Assembly (NCBI GenBank): GCA_044342325.1
Contig: JBIIPZ010000031.1
Coordinates: forward strand, 1 to 38,144
Source of the DNA: Terrimicrobiaceae bacterium
GTDB taxonomy: Bacteria; Verrucomicrobiota; Verrucomicrobiia; Chthoniobacterales; Terrimicrobiaceae
Reading direction: 5' to 3'
DNA: 38,144 bases
Of this stretch, positions 27,398 to 36,742 are shown piece by piece (the stretch's first letter is position 1; the number at the start of each line of letters is the position of its first letter). The notes below the pieces were generated by a model. The model made no database searches. It was not told where the DNA came from and was given only the letters and a program-made list of their open reading frames with translations. The position numbers and the translations under genes were made by a program.

Positions 27398-27984
27398 TCG
27401 TTATCAGGTCTATCCCGCCAGGGAGCGGGAAGGTTCATTTTTCGTAATTTTTCAAGCGCGTAAAAGTGGCGGGACTTGACCGTGCCCAGCGAGCAGCCGA
27501 GGGCGGCGGCGATTTCCTCGAGCGGTGCGTCGGCAAAAAACCGGAGCGAGATCACTTCGCGATGTTTCGGCGGGAGATCCGCGAGGCAACGGCGGATCCG
27601 CTCGGAATCGTCCAGCGCGTCGGCGCACTCCGCAGGCGAGCCGCCGAGGGCCTGGAGTTGTTCCAGCGCCCGATCCCGCGATTCGGCGTCGAGACAGAAA
27701 AACGGGCGGACCCTGGCGTAACGGAGCGCCTTTTGATGGCGGTGCAGAAGAATCGCATAGTGCCAGGTCTCCAAGCGGCAGGAGCCGTCGAAGCGGCGAA
27801 GGCTTTTCCACGCCTCAACCAGAGTTTCCTGCACCAGATCCTCGGCCTGGGTCGCGTTCCGGCACAGCCTGAGCGCCTGTGCGAGCAGGCGCGGTTCATG
27901 CGGGGCGATCAGCACACAAAACGCCTTGGCATCTCCCTACTGGGCGGCGGGGAGACTCGGATCGGTTGCGGGCAGGGTGATCAT
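27394..27984 (-). pseudogene. ECF sigma factor with an in-frame TAG at codon 16; a 173-aa ORF from GTG 27915 remains
   Basis: MITLPATDPSLPAAQ*GDAKAFCVLIAPHEPRL...AEDLVQETLVEAW...LPPKHREV...GTVKSRHFYALEKLR. Confidence 0.75.
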
Positions 27985-28020
27985 GGAGGATTGTTCACTC
28001 CATCCCCTGATTAGCGGAAA

Positions 28021-28044
28021 GAGTTCATTTTTTGAAATGAACTC
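28021..28044. promoter_or_regulatory. Perfect 10-bp inverted repeat upstream of the ECF gene, containing a GAAC-type -35 candidate
   Basis: gagttcattt-tttg-aaatgaactc. Confidence 0.4.
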
Positions 28045-28366
28045 GGCGATTTTACTCTCCCGGGCTGGGATTTGAATCTCGGATCGCCCAGTTAATCCCG
28101 ACAAGTCAGGACTCTGCGGCTGGGTAACTTATCGAGAGTCCACTTTGCCGATTTCATCGATTGGATCTGATTCATGTGGGCCGAGCGCTGAACGGAAAGC
28201 TGGATTTGTGATACTGGCATTTCGTCCAACCGGGTGTGCGGCGTCTCTCGCTCTGGGAGCCCTTCCGGCAATAAGCACGCCCTGCCCATCGTCGCGACGC
28301 TTCCGCAGCGGTCGCGCGTTTTGCTTTCTCGCCTCACCCAAATTTCAATCCCGGCGATTCATCTTC

Positions 28367-29659
28367 TTACAACGCCGCACCACCTGTGTCTGGGAACTTT
28401 GCTGCGAGTTCTGAGGTATCGAGAATTTCAAATGTCGCCCGGGGATGCTTGTGTGAAGCGGCGCTGGACTTCCATTTTTCAGCGAGTTGGTTTTTCAGCC
28501 TGGTCTTTTCTGTGGCACTGAGTTTTTTGAATTTCACTTCCGACACCACAACTCCATCGCCCTCTTTTCGGATGAAGTCGAACTCGGCACCAGCCTCCCA
28601 ATACCTCGCTGCATCGGGATGATGCGAGCGGCAGTAATCCTCGAAGACCGTGGCCGCATGGTCATGAAGGAGTTTGATTTTATCTTCCATTCCCATTCGG
28701 CGCCATGCGGTTCGCTGCGGCGAGTAAACGCGGAACCAGAATCTCAAAGCCGGGTCGCCGATCCGATAGTGGGTTTTCTTGGTGGTGCGAAGGCTCTCGC
28801 CAAAAGGAATCTCCCGTTCCAGCAAAGACGCATCGAGCAGTTGTTGGAATGTCCGCCCCAGATTCGTTTGCGCGGTTCCCAGCCGGGCTGCGATTTCCGA
28901 GGTCTTCCCCGCGCCCCTGCCCACCGCTTCCAACACCGACAGCGGCGTGAGGCCGGCGATCCGCTCCTCGCGGAGAATGCACAACGGCTCGTCTTCCAGA
29001 AACGCAGATCGGCCAAAAAACAGCTCCTCCGCCAAATCCAGCGCTGAAGCACCCGCCTCCACAAATTCCCAGTATTTCGGAATGCCGCCCACCAGCGCGT
29101 AGCGGATGAAGGAATCTATCGACGCCGACTCCAACCCACACGCCCTGCAGAATGCGGGATAATCCATCGGCTCCAAGTGAATGACCTTGCGCGCCCTCTG
29201 GTAGAGCGGCGCCGCGCGGTTCAGGAAACAATCGTTCATCGCCCCCGTGCTCGATCCCGACAGCACCAGCGTGAATCCCTCCGGCCTGTGATGGTCCAAC
29301 CAACGCTGCACCACACTTGGCAAAGACGCGTCCGAGGCCACCAGATAGGGAAATTCATCCAAACACAGCACGGTTCCCGCCGGTCCATAACGCAGAAGTT
29401 CAAAAAACTCCATCCAAGTCTTCGGTTGGATCCCTGCAGGAAGGGCGGACCCGATATCGCGCACGGTTTGCTCGATCTGCATCGGCACTGCCGCTTCGAT
29501 AGCCTGACTATAAACCCCGCTCCGTTTTTCCAACCAATGCGTGAGCAAGCGTGTCTTTCCCACACGCCGCCGCCCAAAAAGCACCACTAATCCACCCACG
29601 CGCGCCGAGGCATCCAGGGCCTCCAACTCCCGAACCCGATTTGTAAAAGCCAACCTCAC
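28367..29659 (-). CDS. Archaeal-type ATPase (ATPase_2/DUF234 family) with HTH and a C-terminal PD-(D/E)xK-like domain
   Basis: FTNRVREL, Walker A GRRRVGKT, Walker B CLDEFPYL, LSGSS, GGIPKY, YRIGDPALRFWFR, EFD...SEVKF. Confidence 0.88.
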   Translation of the reverse strand: MRLAFTNRVRELEALDASARVGGLVVLFGRRRVGKTRLLTHWLEKRSGVYSQAIEAAVPMQIEQTVRDIGSALPAGIQPKTWMEFFELLRYGPAGTVLCLDEFPYLVASDASLPSVVQRWLDHHRPEGFTLVLSGSSTGAMNDCFLNRAAPLYQRARKVIHLEPMDYPAFCRACGLESASIDSFIRYALVGGIPKYWEFVEAGASALDLAEELFFGRSAFLEDEPLCILREERIAGLTPLSVLEAVGRGAGKTSEIAARLGTAQTNLGRTFQQLLDASLLEREIPFGESLRTTKKTHYRIGDPALRFWFRVYSPQRTAWRRMGMEDKIKLLHDHAATVFEDYCRSHHPDAARYWEAGAEFDFIRKEGDGVVVSEVKFKKLSATEKTRLKNQLAEKWKSSAASHKHPRATFEILDTSELAAKFPDTGGAAL

Positions 29660-30057
29660 CTGCGCAAATTCCCTGCAATAATTATGCGTGTCAACAATAA
29701 TGCTTTAAACAATGTATCTTTTCTAGTGCTTGCCAACTCCAGCAAATCAAAAAAGAAGTCCACGCGGCAGCGCGCATCGAATCCCGGGAGGGTCAGCGTC
29801 CTCGTCTGACCCAAATTTCAATCACAGCCGGCCCTCCGCTGCAAATGGCCAACTCATCTCGCATGGCGATTCTGCTGTAGCGGAGTGTCTATGGCTGCCG
29901 AACGAAAAGACTACTCGCTGCGTAACGCCGCAAGTGCTCGGCGAGCGCATGCGAGTCGCAGACAGCTCACCAGAAAAGCAAAATTCTGATATTTCGCTCT
30001 GCTACTCACCACGCTTCATCGTTGTAAGACCTCTGCAGAGGCGAGGCCCTTTACGAC

Positions 30058-30220
30058 GGCCAGCTTCATAAAACGGTTGGCGATGGCCAGCGCCGGATCC
30101 AGCGGAACCTCGGCCCGCCGAATCCCTGCAACCATGTCCCGGTTTTCTTTCAGCGACAACACGGCACCCTTGCGCGGAACTTTTGACTCCGCGCTGCGTG
30201 GCCCGAGTTCGGTCGATTCG
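30058..30220 (-). pseudogene. Heavily deleted mosaic remnant of a GH4 glycosidase 3' region
   Basis: In-frame ESTELGPRSAE...GAVLSLKENRDMVA...RAEVPLDPALAIANRFMKLA matches three separated segments of 35287..36705. Confidence 0.8.
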
Positions 30221-30296
30221 CAAGCCCGTGATGAAAAGGTTCCCGCAGGATAGACAAATCCCATTACCATCGCGTCTGGTTGACAGACTGCCATTC

Positions 30297-30788
30297 ATGG
30301 ACCTTCGAGAACTGGAATCCCTTTACGACGAATTCGCTCCTGCGGGTTATGCGTTTGCACTGCAACTGACACGCGATTCGGACGCCGCGCAGGATCTGGT
30401 GCAGAGTGTCTTCCTGCGCTTGGCCCGGCGGCCGAGGTTTACCATTCTGAACCCTCGCTCCTTTGTGTTGCGATGCATCTACCGCGCCCATGTGGATGTG
30501 GTGCGCCGCGATGCGACCCGGCGGCAGATGCTGGAAAACTTCGCTTTGGAAGCGCAGACCGTCTTCCGACCTGAGCCCGGCGAGGATGAGAAGATCGCGG
30601 AGTTGCTCGCACAATTGGCTGCCCTGCCGGAGGAGCAGCGCGTGGTGGTGCATTTGAAGACATGGGAGCAGAGGACATTCCGGCAGATCGCCAGCATCCT
30701 CGGCATCCCAGCAAATACCGCCGCGAGCAGATATCGCTACGCATTAGACAAATTGCGCGACGCCATGCGTCTGGAGGATGAAACATGA
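30297..30788 (+). CDS. ECF sigma-70 factor
   Basis: LYDEFAP, AQDLVQSVFLRL, LPEEQRVVVHLK, TFRQIASILGIPANTAASRYRYALDKLR. Confidence 0.93.
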   Translation: MDLRELESLYDEFAPAGYAFALQLTRDSDAAQDLVQSVFLRLARRPRFTILNPRSFVLRCIYRAHVDVVRRDATRRQMLENFALEAQTVFRPEPGEDEKIAELLAQLAALPEEQRVVVHLKTWEQRTFRQIASILGIPANTAASRYRYALDKLRDAMRLEDET

Positions 30789-31165
30789 ACAACGAGGAAA
30801 TCGAATCTCTTCTCCGCCGGGCCCGCCTGCGTGAACTGCCAACCGGGTTGAAGCACCGGGTCCTGCAAGCCGCACGACAAAACGCGGAGCCCATCGCCTG
30901 GGCTCCACGGGTCACATGGGCTTCGCTGGCCGTGTGCTGGATGTTGATCGTTCTTCTCCGAGCCACCACGCCGGATGTTCCGAGTGGAAATCTGCCCTTC
31001 GACCGCGAGGCGTATCTGGCGCGAGCCGCAATGCTCAAGTGCATCATCGCGACCGGACAATTTCCTCAGGAGATGGATGACTCTCCGAACCAGCACCCGC
31101 TTCAGATGGAATTGCATTTTCGCCTGCCAAAGGCCACTCCCCAGACATCCCAACCTGCAACTTAG
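30785..31165 (+). CDS. Putative single-TM anti-sigma factor
   Basis: ATGA-coupled to the ECF gene; IESLLRRARLRELP N-terminus then a TM segment. Confidence 0.7.
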   Translation: MNNEEIESLLRRARLRELPTGLKHRVLQAARQNAEPIAWAPRVTWASLAVCWMLIVLLRATTPDVPSGNLPFDREAYLARAAMLKCIIATGQFPQEMDDSPNQHPLQMELHFRLPKATPQTSQPAT

Positions 31166-31189
31166 AAGACTCCCAAAACCAATAAATAT

Positions 31190-32905
31190 ATGAAATGCCC
31201 CAAATGCCATCAACGCGTTGCTCCGTTTAAGTCTTGGGTCCTGTGGCCCGGCCCGACAAGAGAATGTGGAAACTGCCATGCACACTTGAGATATGCCGGT
31301 TTCTACCTGCAGGCGGTGCTGCACTTCGTGATCGGAGTTCCCATCGTTTTTGCTTTGGGAGGTATGGTCATCTTCTCCCGCACGATAACGCTCTGGCAGG
31401 CTGCGCTGATCTTCCTCGGCATTCTTGCGATCACCGCAGTGTTATTACCATGGAAATTTGCGCGTTACGAGGAATGCGACCGGCGAGGTGGATGGACAAA
31501 AGGCCTCCTATTCGCCGTTGTCACATTGATCTCCATTGTCACCCTGTTCTATTCATGGACGAACTGGTGGGGAGCGAGAAAGCTAAACGCCGCCCTGGCC
31601 ATGCTCCGGGAAAAGAACGAGCCCACGCGATTCGAGGAAATCGTGCCGGCACCGGTGCCTGATGCCGACAACGTGGCCGCCGCACCGGTCTTTCAGGAAG
31701 CCTTTGTTTCCGCAAAGGATTCGCGACTTAGAAAGTTGGATACACCTTGGAAAAAAATCACTGGAAAACCTGAGTCGGGCGAGAGCAAGATCCATTTTGT
31801 CGCAAGGTTCTTGAATCCCGATTTCAATGGCGACGATCAGGCCGCAGGGGAATTGGTTTTAAAGAGTCTGGCCCCCTCTGCCCCTCTGCTTGAGGAGGTC
31901 GCCCAGGCGGTCCGCCGACCGGGGGTTTGTTGGCCACTTGACTACTCAAAAGGTTTCGAGACGCTGATGCACAATATCCCAGCGACGGTGAATGCCTCCA
32001 ATGTCTTCCAAGGGAGAGCGCTCGCCGAACTGGCGACTGGCCGCCCGGACAATGCCTTTCAAGATGTCCAGACGATTTTGGCTCTGGCACGCGCCGCCGG
32101 ATCCCCCCCATTCCTCATTTCCCTGCTTGTTGAAAGCAGCATCTCGGACCGGGCATCTCAGGTGATTAACGATGGTCTGGAGCGTCACGCATGGACCGAT
32201 GCGCAATTGGCAAACTTTTCCAGCGAACTCTCCCGCATCAATCTGCTGGCACGCCTTTCCGACGGTCTTCGCGGGGAAAGAGCATCGCTTCTCCAATTCG
32301 ATGTTTCCAGAACAGATCTATTGACGCTGCAGGAACTGCCCGACACCGGCACAGTGAGACTTCAAAAAAAGGCTCTCCGGGCCGCATGGGCAATCTGGCC
32401 TGCGGGATGGGTAAACAAAGATAAAGCCGCATACATCAGCACTATTCAGCGATACATCGATGCCGTGAAGCAGCCAAGGGAGCTTCCATCAACCCTCGCA
32501 GAGATCGAGGCCGCGCGTGCCGGTTCCTCCGTTTGGAATAAGATCTGGAATCCCTTATCTCACCAAGCGATGCCCGCTATTATGAGTGCGGCCAAGCGGA
32601 TTGCAGCCACCCAGACAATCCTCCGAAGCCTCGCCACCGCCTGCGCGGTCGAGCGCTACCGCATGGCCCACGGGCGTCTGCCCGCAACCCTGGAAGATCT
32701 CGTGCCAGCCTTTCTGGCATCGATCCCCACAGACCCGCTCACCGGAAAGCCGCTCTGCTACAAACCATCAGAGAGCAGCTCGCATCTCATCTACGGCACC
32801 GGCTGGGACCAGACGGACAACGCCGGTTCCGGCGTAACTTCCATCACCAGCCTCTACACCAAAACTATGAATCAACCCGATTGGGGCGTGCTAATGAAGT
32901 TCTAG
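31190..32905 (+). CDS. Membrane protein with an N-terminal zinc ribbon, 3 TM helices and a large soluble domain ending in a GspG-C-like tail
   Basis: CPKC..CGNC; PAPVPDADN; LARAAGSPPFLISLLV; ACAVERYRMAHGRLPATLEDLVP...IPTDPLTGKPLCY. Confidence 0.75.
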   Translation: MKCPKCHQRVAPFKSWVLWPGPTRECGNCHAHLRYAGFYLQAVLHFVIGVPIVFALGGMVIFSRTITLWQAALIFLGILAITAVLLPWKFARYEECDRRGGWTKGLLFAVVTLISIVTLFYSWTNWWGARKLNAALAMLREKNEPTRFEEIVPAPVPDADNVAAAPVFQEAFVSAKDSRLRKLDTPWKKITGKPESGESKIHFVARFLNPDFNGDDQAAGELVLKSLAPSAPLLEEVAQAVRRPGVCWPLDYSKGFETLMHNIPATVNASNVFQGRALAELATGRPDNAFQDVQTILALARAAGSPPFLISLLVESSISDRASQVINDGLERHAWTDAQLANFSSELSRINLLARLSDGLRGERASLLQFDVSRTDLLTLQELPDTGTVRLQKKALRAAWAIWPAGWVNKDKAAYISTIQRYIDAVKQPRELPSTLAEIEAARAGSSVWNKIWNPLSHQAMPAIMSAAKRIAATQTILRSLATACAVERYRMAHGRLPATLEDLVPAFLASIPTDPLTGKPLCYKPSESSSHLIYGTGWDQTDNAGSGVTSITSLYTKTMNQPDWGVLMKF

Positions 32906-32931
32906 GAACTCCGACATTTCGAGTCTCAACC

Positions 32932-33305
32932 TCACGCGCCCGCGAGTTTCATGAACCGGTTGGCGATGGCGAGGGCGGGATCGACCGGCACCTCGGCGCG
33001 TTGAACATCCTTCGGGATGCTAATGGTCGGGACGGAGCGGAGTTTCTTGCCTGCGAACTGAGGGAGCCAGGCTGCCTCGGCGGCGAGCATTTCGGCGACC
33101 ATCTCGCGGATTTCATGAAGCGTCATCACGGAGGCGGTCAACGGGTCCATGGCCACGGCGTTCATCACCAGTTCCGGATCGCCCGAGAAGCTGGCCTCCA
33201 CCACCAGGCCCTGGACTTGGACATTGCTCATGTTGAGCGCGGCGCACTGGACGGGCAGGTTGCCGACAACCGTCGGGTGCAGGCACAGCCAGTCCACGTA
33301 GATCA
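32932..33305 (-). pseudogene. Duplicated 3' end of the GH4 alpha-galactosidase gene
   Basis: About 5 mismatches in about 310 nt versus 35287-35600 (offset 2355), then increasingly diverged up to about 33305. Confidence 0.92.
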
Positions 33306-33316
33306 GTGCACATAAA

Positions 33317-34456
33317 TCAAACAGCCGTTGGCAATTCAGGAACGAAGGTGTAGCTCGGGTCCTCGCGTTGCTTCTTGAGAACGGGAATAATCTCGCGCCA
33401 GGTGGCCCAGAGGCCGTGCGGTGCGGGTGGCAGGTCGTGCTCGATCGCTTTTCGCAACGCCGGGAGATTGTAGAACGGCACTGCGGGATACGTGTGGTGC
33501 TCGATGTGATACTGCATGTTCCAATAAAGGAACCCCAGAAATCGGCCGCAGGTGAATGTCCGGCAAACCATGCGGAAATCGGGGGAATCCGGCGTCATGC
33601 CGATATGCTGCGGCGTGATGCAGAGGGTATAAAGCCAGGGAGAATAAAAGCAGGAGAGGTTGACGATGAGGATCAGATACCAGTGACCGGTTGCGACAAA
33701 GAGCAAGGCCAGCGCGAGGTGCCCGGCAAGAACGGTGCGGGCCCAGGTGTTTTGTCGCACGCGGACATCCTGGCCCGGCATATGGATTTCATGCCATCGG
33801 TCGTCATAGAATTTTTTATCGGTCGGATTTTTGGCGGCGGTTTTGATCCATGCCTGGATGCGCTGCCATGTGGCATCAGGCTTCGGGAAGGGCACCAACT
33901 GCCAGAACCAGAATTTGACGCAGTCCCAATCCATTTTTTGTGGAAGGACGAGTTCGAAATCGAGATCATGGTATCCGGTAACCTGATGGTGCCTCACATG
34001 GCTGGAACGAAACCAGAGTGGATCGCTCCAACTTAGGAACGAGAAAAGATAGAGGAAAAAATCGTTCAAGGATTGAGTCCGAAAGGGCGTTTTGTGCACG
34101 AGCTCATGCACGGCCACGAGGCCCATGAAATGACTGAATGTCCCATGCAGGAAGAAGCAGGCTAAAAGAACGGGCGCAGTCCAGTAGAGGTTCCCGAGGC
34201 TCATATTTTTGATGGTCACGAAGCAAAGAGCTGCCGTGACCGCATACAAGGCCAGTTGAAGAACACACTGGCGCATCGCCTTTGCATCACTGCGCTTCAT
34301 GAGTCCGCTCATGACGGATTTTTCAACCTTGGTTCGATACCAGTTGATTTTGACCTTTTCGTTCAAAATGACCTCGGTATCGGGTTCCGACGGCGCGGAA
34401 CCGCTGGCCACTTGCGGGGATGATGGAGGAATCTGATCTTTGTTTTGGTTTTGCAT
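33317..34456 (-). CDS. Membrane fatty-acid-desaturase-superfamily di-iron enzyme
   Basis: His boxes HELVH, HVRHH and HIEHH; hydrophobic segments; start placed at ATG 34456. Confidence 0.88.
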   Translation of the reverse strand: MQNQNKDQIPPSSPQVASGSAPSEPDTEVILNEKVKINWYRTKVEKSVMSGLMKRSDAKAMRQCVLQLALYAVTAALCFVTIKNMSLGNLYWTAPVLLACFFLHGTFSHFMGLVAVHELVHKTPFRTQSLNDFFLYLFSFLSWSDPLWFRSSHVRHHQVTGYHDLDFELVLPQKMDWDCVKFWFWQLVPFPKPDATWQRIQAWIKTAAKNPTDKKFYDDRWHEIHMPGQDVRVRQNTWARTVLAGHLALALLFVATGHWYLILIVNLSCFYSPWLYTLCITPQHIGMTPDSPDFRMVCRTFTCGRFLGFLYWNMQYHIEHHTYPAVPFYNLPALRKAIEHDLPPAPHGLWATWREIIPVLKKQREDPSYTFVPELPTAV

Positions 34457-34506
34457 ATTTCGGTAATTCCGATACGATGTATACCTACTATTAATACTAT
34501 AAATCA

Positions 34507-35280
34507 ATGCACCCATCGCAAAACAAATTGCATATTTCGCCATTTTTATCATGGCAGATACTGGATGGAGGTTCCTACGAAGCGCTCAAGGGCCGCGACT
34601 TCCCTCTCCACTCGCACACATGCTGGGAGTGGGTTTATTATCGCACCGGGAGTATCGATTGCCTGCATGGCGGCGAGGTTCTTTCCATGCATCCCGGCAC
34701 GCTCTGGATCACCCCGCCTGGAGTAGCCCACGCTGAAATCGCCAAAACAGCTTATTCCAACATGCATTTTGGACTCGAAGGTCCACCGGATGTAAAAATG
34801 CCCAAGGTCGTGCAGGACGATGCTGAAGGGACTATCGGGCAGTTGCTGCGCGTCATCCTGCAGGAACTGCGAGGCCGCCACCCGACCAACAGAAAGGCGG
34901 TTGATTTGCTCACAGGAGCGCTCTCATTGAGGATCGCTCACTCCCTTGAAAATCCAAATCCGACAGCAACGCAACAGCTCGTGAACCAAGCGGAGATGTG
35001 TTGGGAAGACCATCCCCTGCTTTCCGTTGAGGAAATGGCAAAGCGTTTCGGGGTCTCCGTATCAGGTTTCAGACAGGCATTTCATGAGGAGCGAGGGCAT
35101 TCGCCGGTGGAGTCCAGAATGCAGCTGCGCACAGGTCGCGCGGTGAGATTATTGCGGAGTTCCACCCTGAAGCTGGATGCTGTGGCGGAAATGTGCGGAT
35201 TTCACTCCGCAAGCCACCTCTCGCGATGCATCAAAGCTGCCGAAGGCTGTTCGCCCGGGGCGCTGCGAACCACGAAGTAA
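34507..35280 (+). CDS. AraC family regulator with a cupin sensor domain
   Basis: HSHTCWE, PPGVAHAE; C-term LKLDAVAEMCGFHSASHLSR..K...GCSP; start uncertain. Confidence 0.9.
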   Translation: MHPSQNKLHISPFLSWQILDGGSYEALKGRDFPLHSHTCWEWVYYRTGSIDCLHGGEVLSMHPGTLWITPPGVAHAEIAKTAYSNMHFGLEGPPDVKMPKVVQDDAEGTIGQLLRVILQELRGRHPTNRKAVDLLTGALSLRIAHSLENPNPTATQQLVNQAEMCWEDHPLLSVEEMAKRFGVSVSGFRQAFHEERGHSPVESRMQLRTGRAVRLLRSSTLKLDAVAEMCGFHSASHLSRCIKAAEGCSPGALRTTK

Positions 35281-35286
35281 TCGTCC

Positions 35287-36705
35287 TCACGCTCCCGCGA
35301 GTTTCATGAACCGGTTGGCGATGGCGAGGGCGGGATCAACCGGCACCTCGGCGCGTTGAACATCCTTCGGGATGCTAATGGTCGGGACGGAGCGGAGTTT
35401 CTTGCCTGCGAACTGAGGGAGCCAGGCTGCCTCGGCGGCGAGCATTTCGGCGAGCATCTCGCGGATTTCATGAAGCGTCATCACGGAGGCGGTCAACGGG
35501 TCCATGGCCACGGCGTTCATCACCAGTTCCGGATCGCCCGAGAAGCTGGCCTCCACCACCAGGCCCTGGACCTGGACATTGCTCATGTTGAGAGCGGCGC
35601 ACGGGGCTGGCAGGTTGCCGACCACCGTGGCATTGAGCCCGGTGCGGTCCGCATAGATCGGCACCTCCACGCAGCAGCCCTGCGGCAGGTTGGTGATGTA
35701 GCCGTCGTTGCGGATGTTGCCGTTGAAGCGGAAGGGAACACCTGTTTCCCTGGCCTCAATGATATGGGAGCAATACTCCGCACTGCGTGGCCCGAGTTCG
35801 GTCGATTCGATCGAGAGCGGATCGGTCTTGGCGAACTTCTCGGCCAGCATGGCGCAGTATTTGTAATAGGCTCCCGACTCCCCACCGAAGGCCGGCTCGT
35901 CGCAGTAGAGGTCGAGCGCCTTTTTGTTTTTTCGGAAATACGGGAGATATTCGGAGAGGTGTCCGGTGCTCTCGGTCATAAAGTATCCGAAGTGCCGCAT
36001 CACCTCGGCGCGCACCTTCTCGTTCACATAGTAGCCGGGTTTCTCGAAGTTCTCCTTGAGCAGCGGGTAGAGGTCGTGGCCCTTGTTTTCGAGGCGCAGA
36101 AACCAGCCCATGTGGTTGATGCCGGCACAGAGGTAATCGATCTCCTCCTTGGGAACGCCGGTGTAGCTTGCGATGAGGTCCATCGTCGTCTGCACGCCGT
36201 GGCAGAGCCCCACAAACTGGAGCCCCTCGACGCGTCCCAGCGCCCAGCAGCACATCGCCATCGGGTTGGCGTAGTTGAAGAGAATGGCCTTCGGACAAAG
36301 CTCGCGCATGTCGTTCGCGATCTCCAGCAGCGCCGGGATATGGCGCAGCGCGCGGAAGACGCCGCCCGGCCCCATGGTATCGCCGATGCACTGATCCACG
36401 CCGTATTTGAGCGGGATCTCGTAGTCCTGACGGAACTCCTCGACTCCACCGGCCTGGATCATGACGACGACATAGTCGGCGTCCTTCAGTGCCTCGCGTC
36501 GGTCGGTGGTGGCGACGACGCTGGCATTGACGCCATTGTCCTTGATCATCCGGTTCACGAACGCCTCCATCTTGTCCAGACGGGTGTGGGTCTTCGCCAT
36601 CAGGCGGTATTCGCTCCCCGCGAGCGCGGGGGTGGCGAGGAAATCCGACATCAGGGTTTTGCAGAAGACGAGGCTTCCTGCACCGATCATTGCGATTTTA
36701 GCCAT
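35287..36705 (-). CDS. melA: Glycoside hydrolase family 4, alpha-galactosidase (MelA-like)
   Basis: IGAGS, IPLKYGVDQCIGDT.GPGG, NYANPM, GLCHG, AGINH, TESTGHLSEY. Confidence 0.92.
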   Translation of the reverse strand: MAKIAMIGAGSLVFCKTLMSDFLATPALAGSEYRLMAKTHTRLDKMEAFVNRMIKDNGVNASVVATTDRREALKDADYVVVMIQAGGVEEFRQDYEIPLKYGVDQCIGDTMGPGGVFRALRHIPALLEIANDMRELCPKAILFNYANPMAMCCWALGRVEGLQFVGLCHGVQTTMDLIASYTGVPKEEIDYLCAGINHMGWFLRLENKGHDLYPLLKENFEKPGYYVNEKVRAEVMRHFGYFMTESTGHLSEYLPYFRKNKKALDLYCDEPAFGGESGAYYKYCAMLAEKFAKTDPLSIESTELGPRSAEYCSHIIEARETGVPFRFNGNIRNDGYITNLPQGCCVEVPIYADRTGLNATVVGNLPAPCAALNMSNVQVQGLVVEASFSGDPELVMNAVAMDPLTASVMTLHEIREMLAEMLAAEAAWLPQFAGKKLRSVPTISIPKDVQRAEVPVDPALAIANRFMKLAGA

Positions 36706-36742
36706 AGGAATTCAGTGGGTGGATGGTTTGTGAAACTGGGGA

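Noticed and set aside
32932..35660. GH4 repeat pair as a diversity-generating retroelement TR/VR
   Set aside because: Mismatches are not adenine-specific and no reverse transcriptase is present
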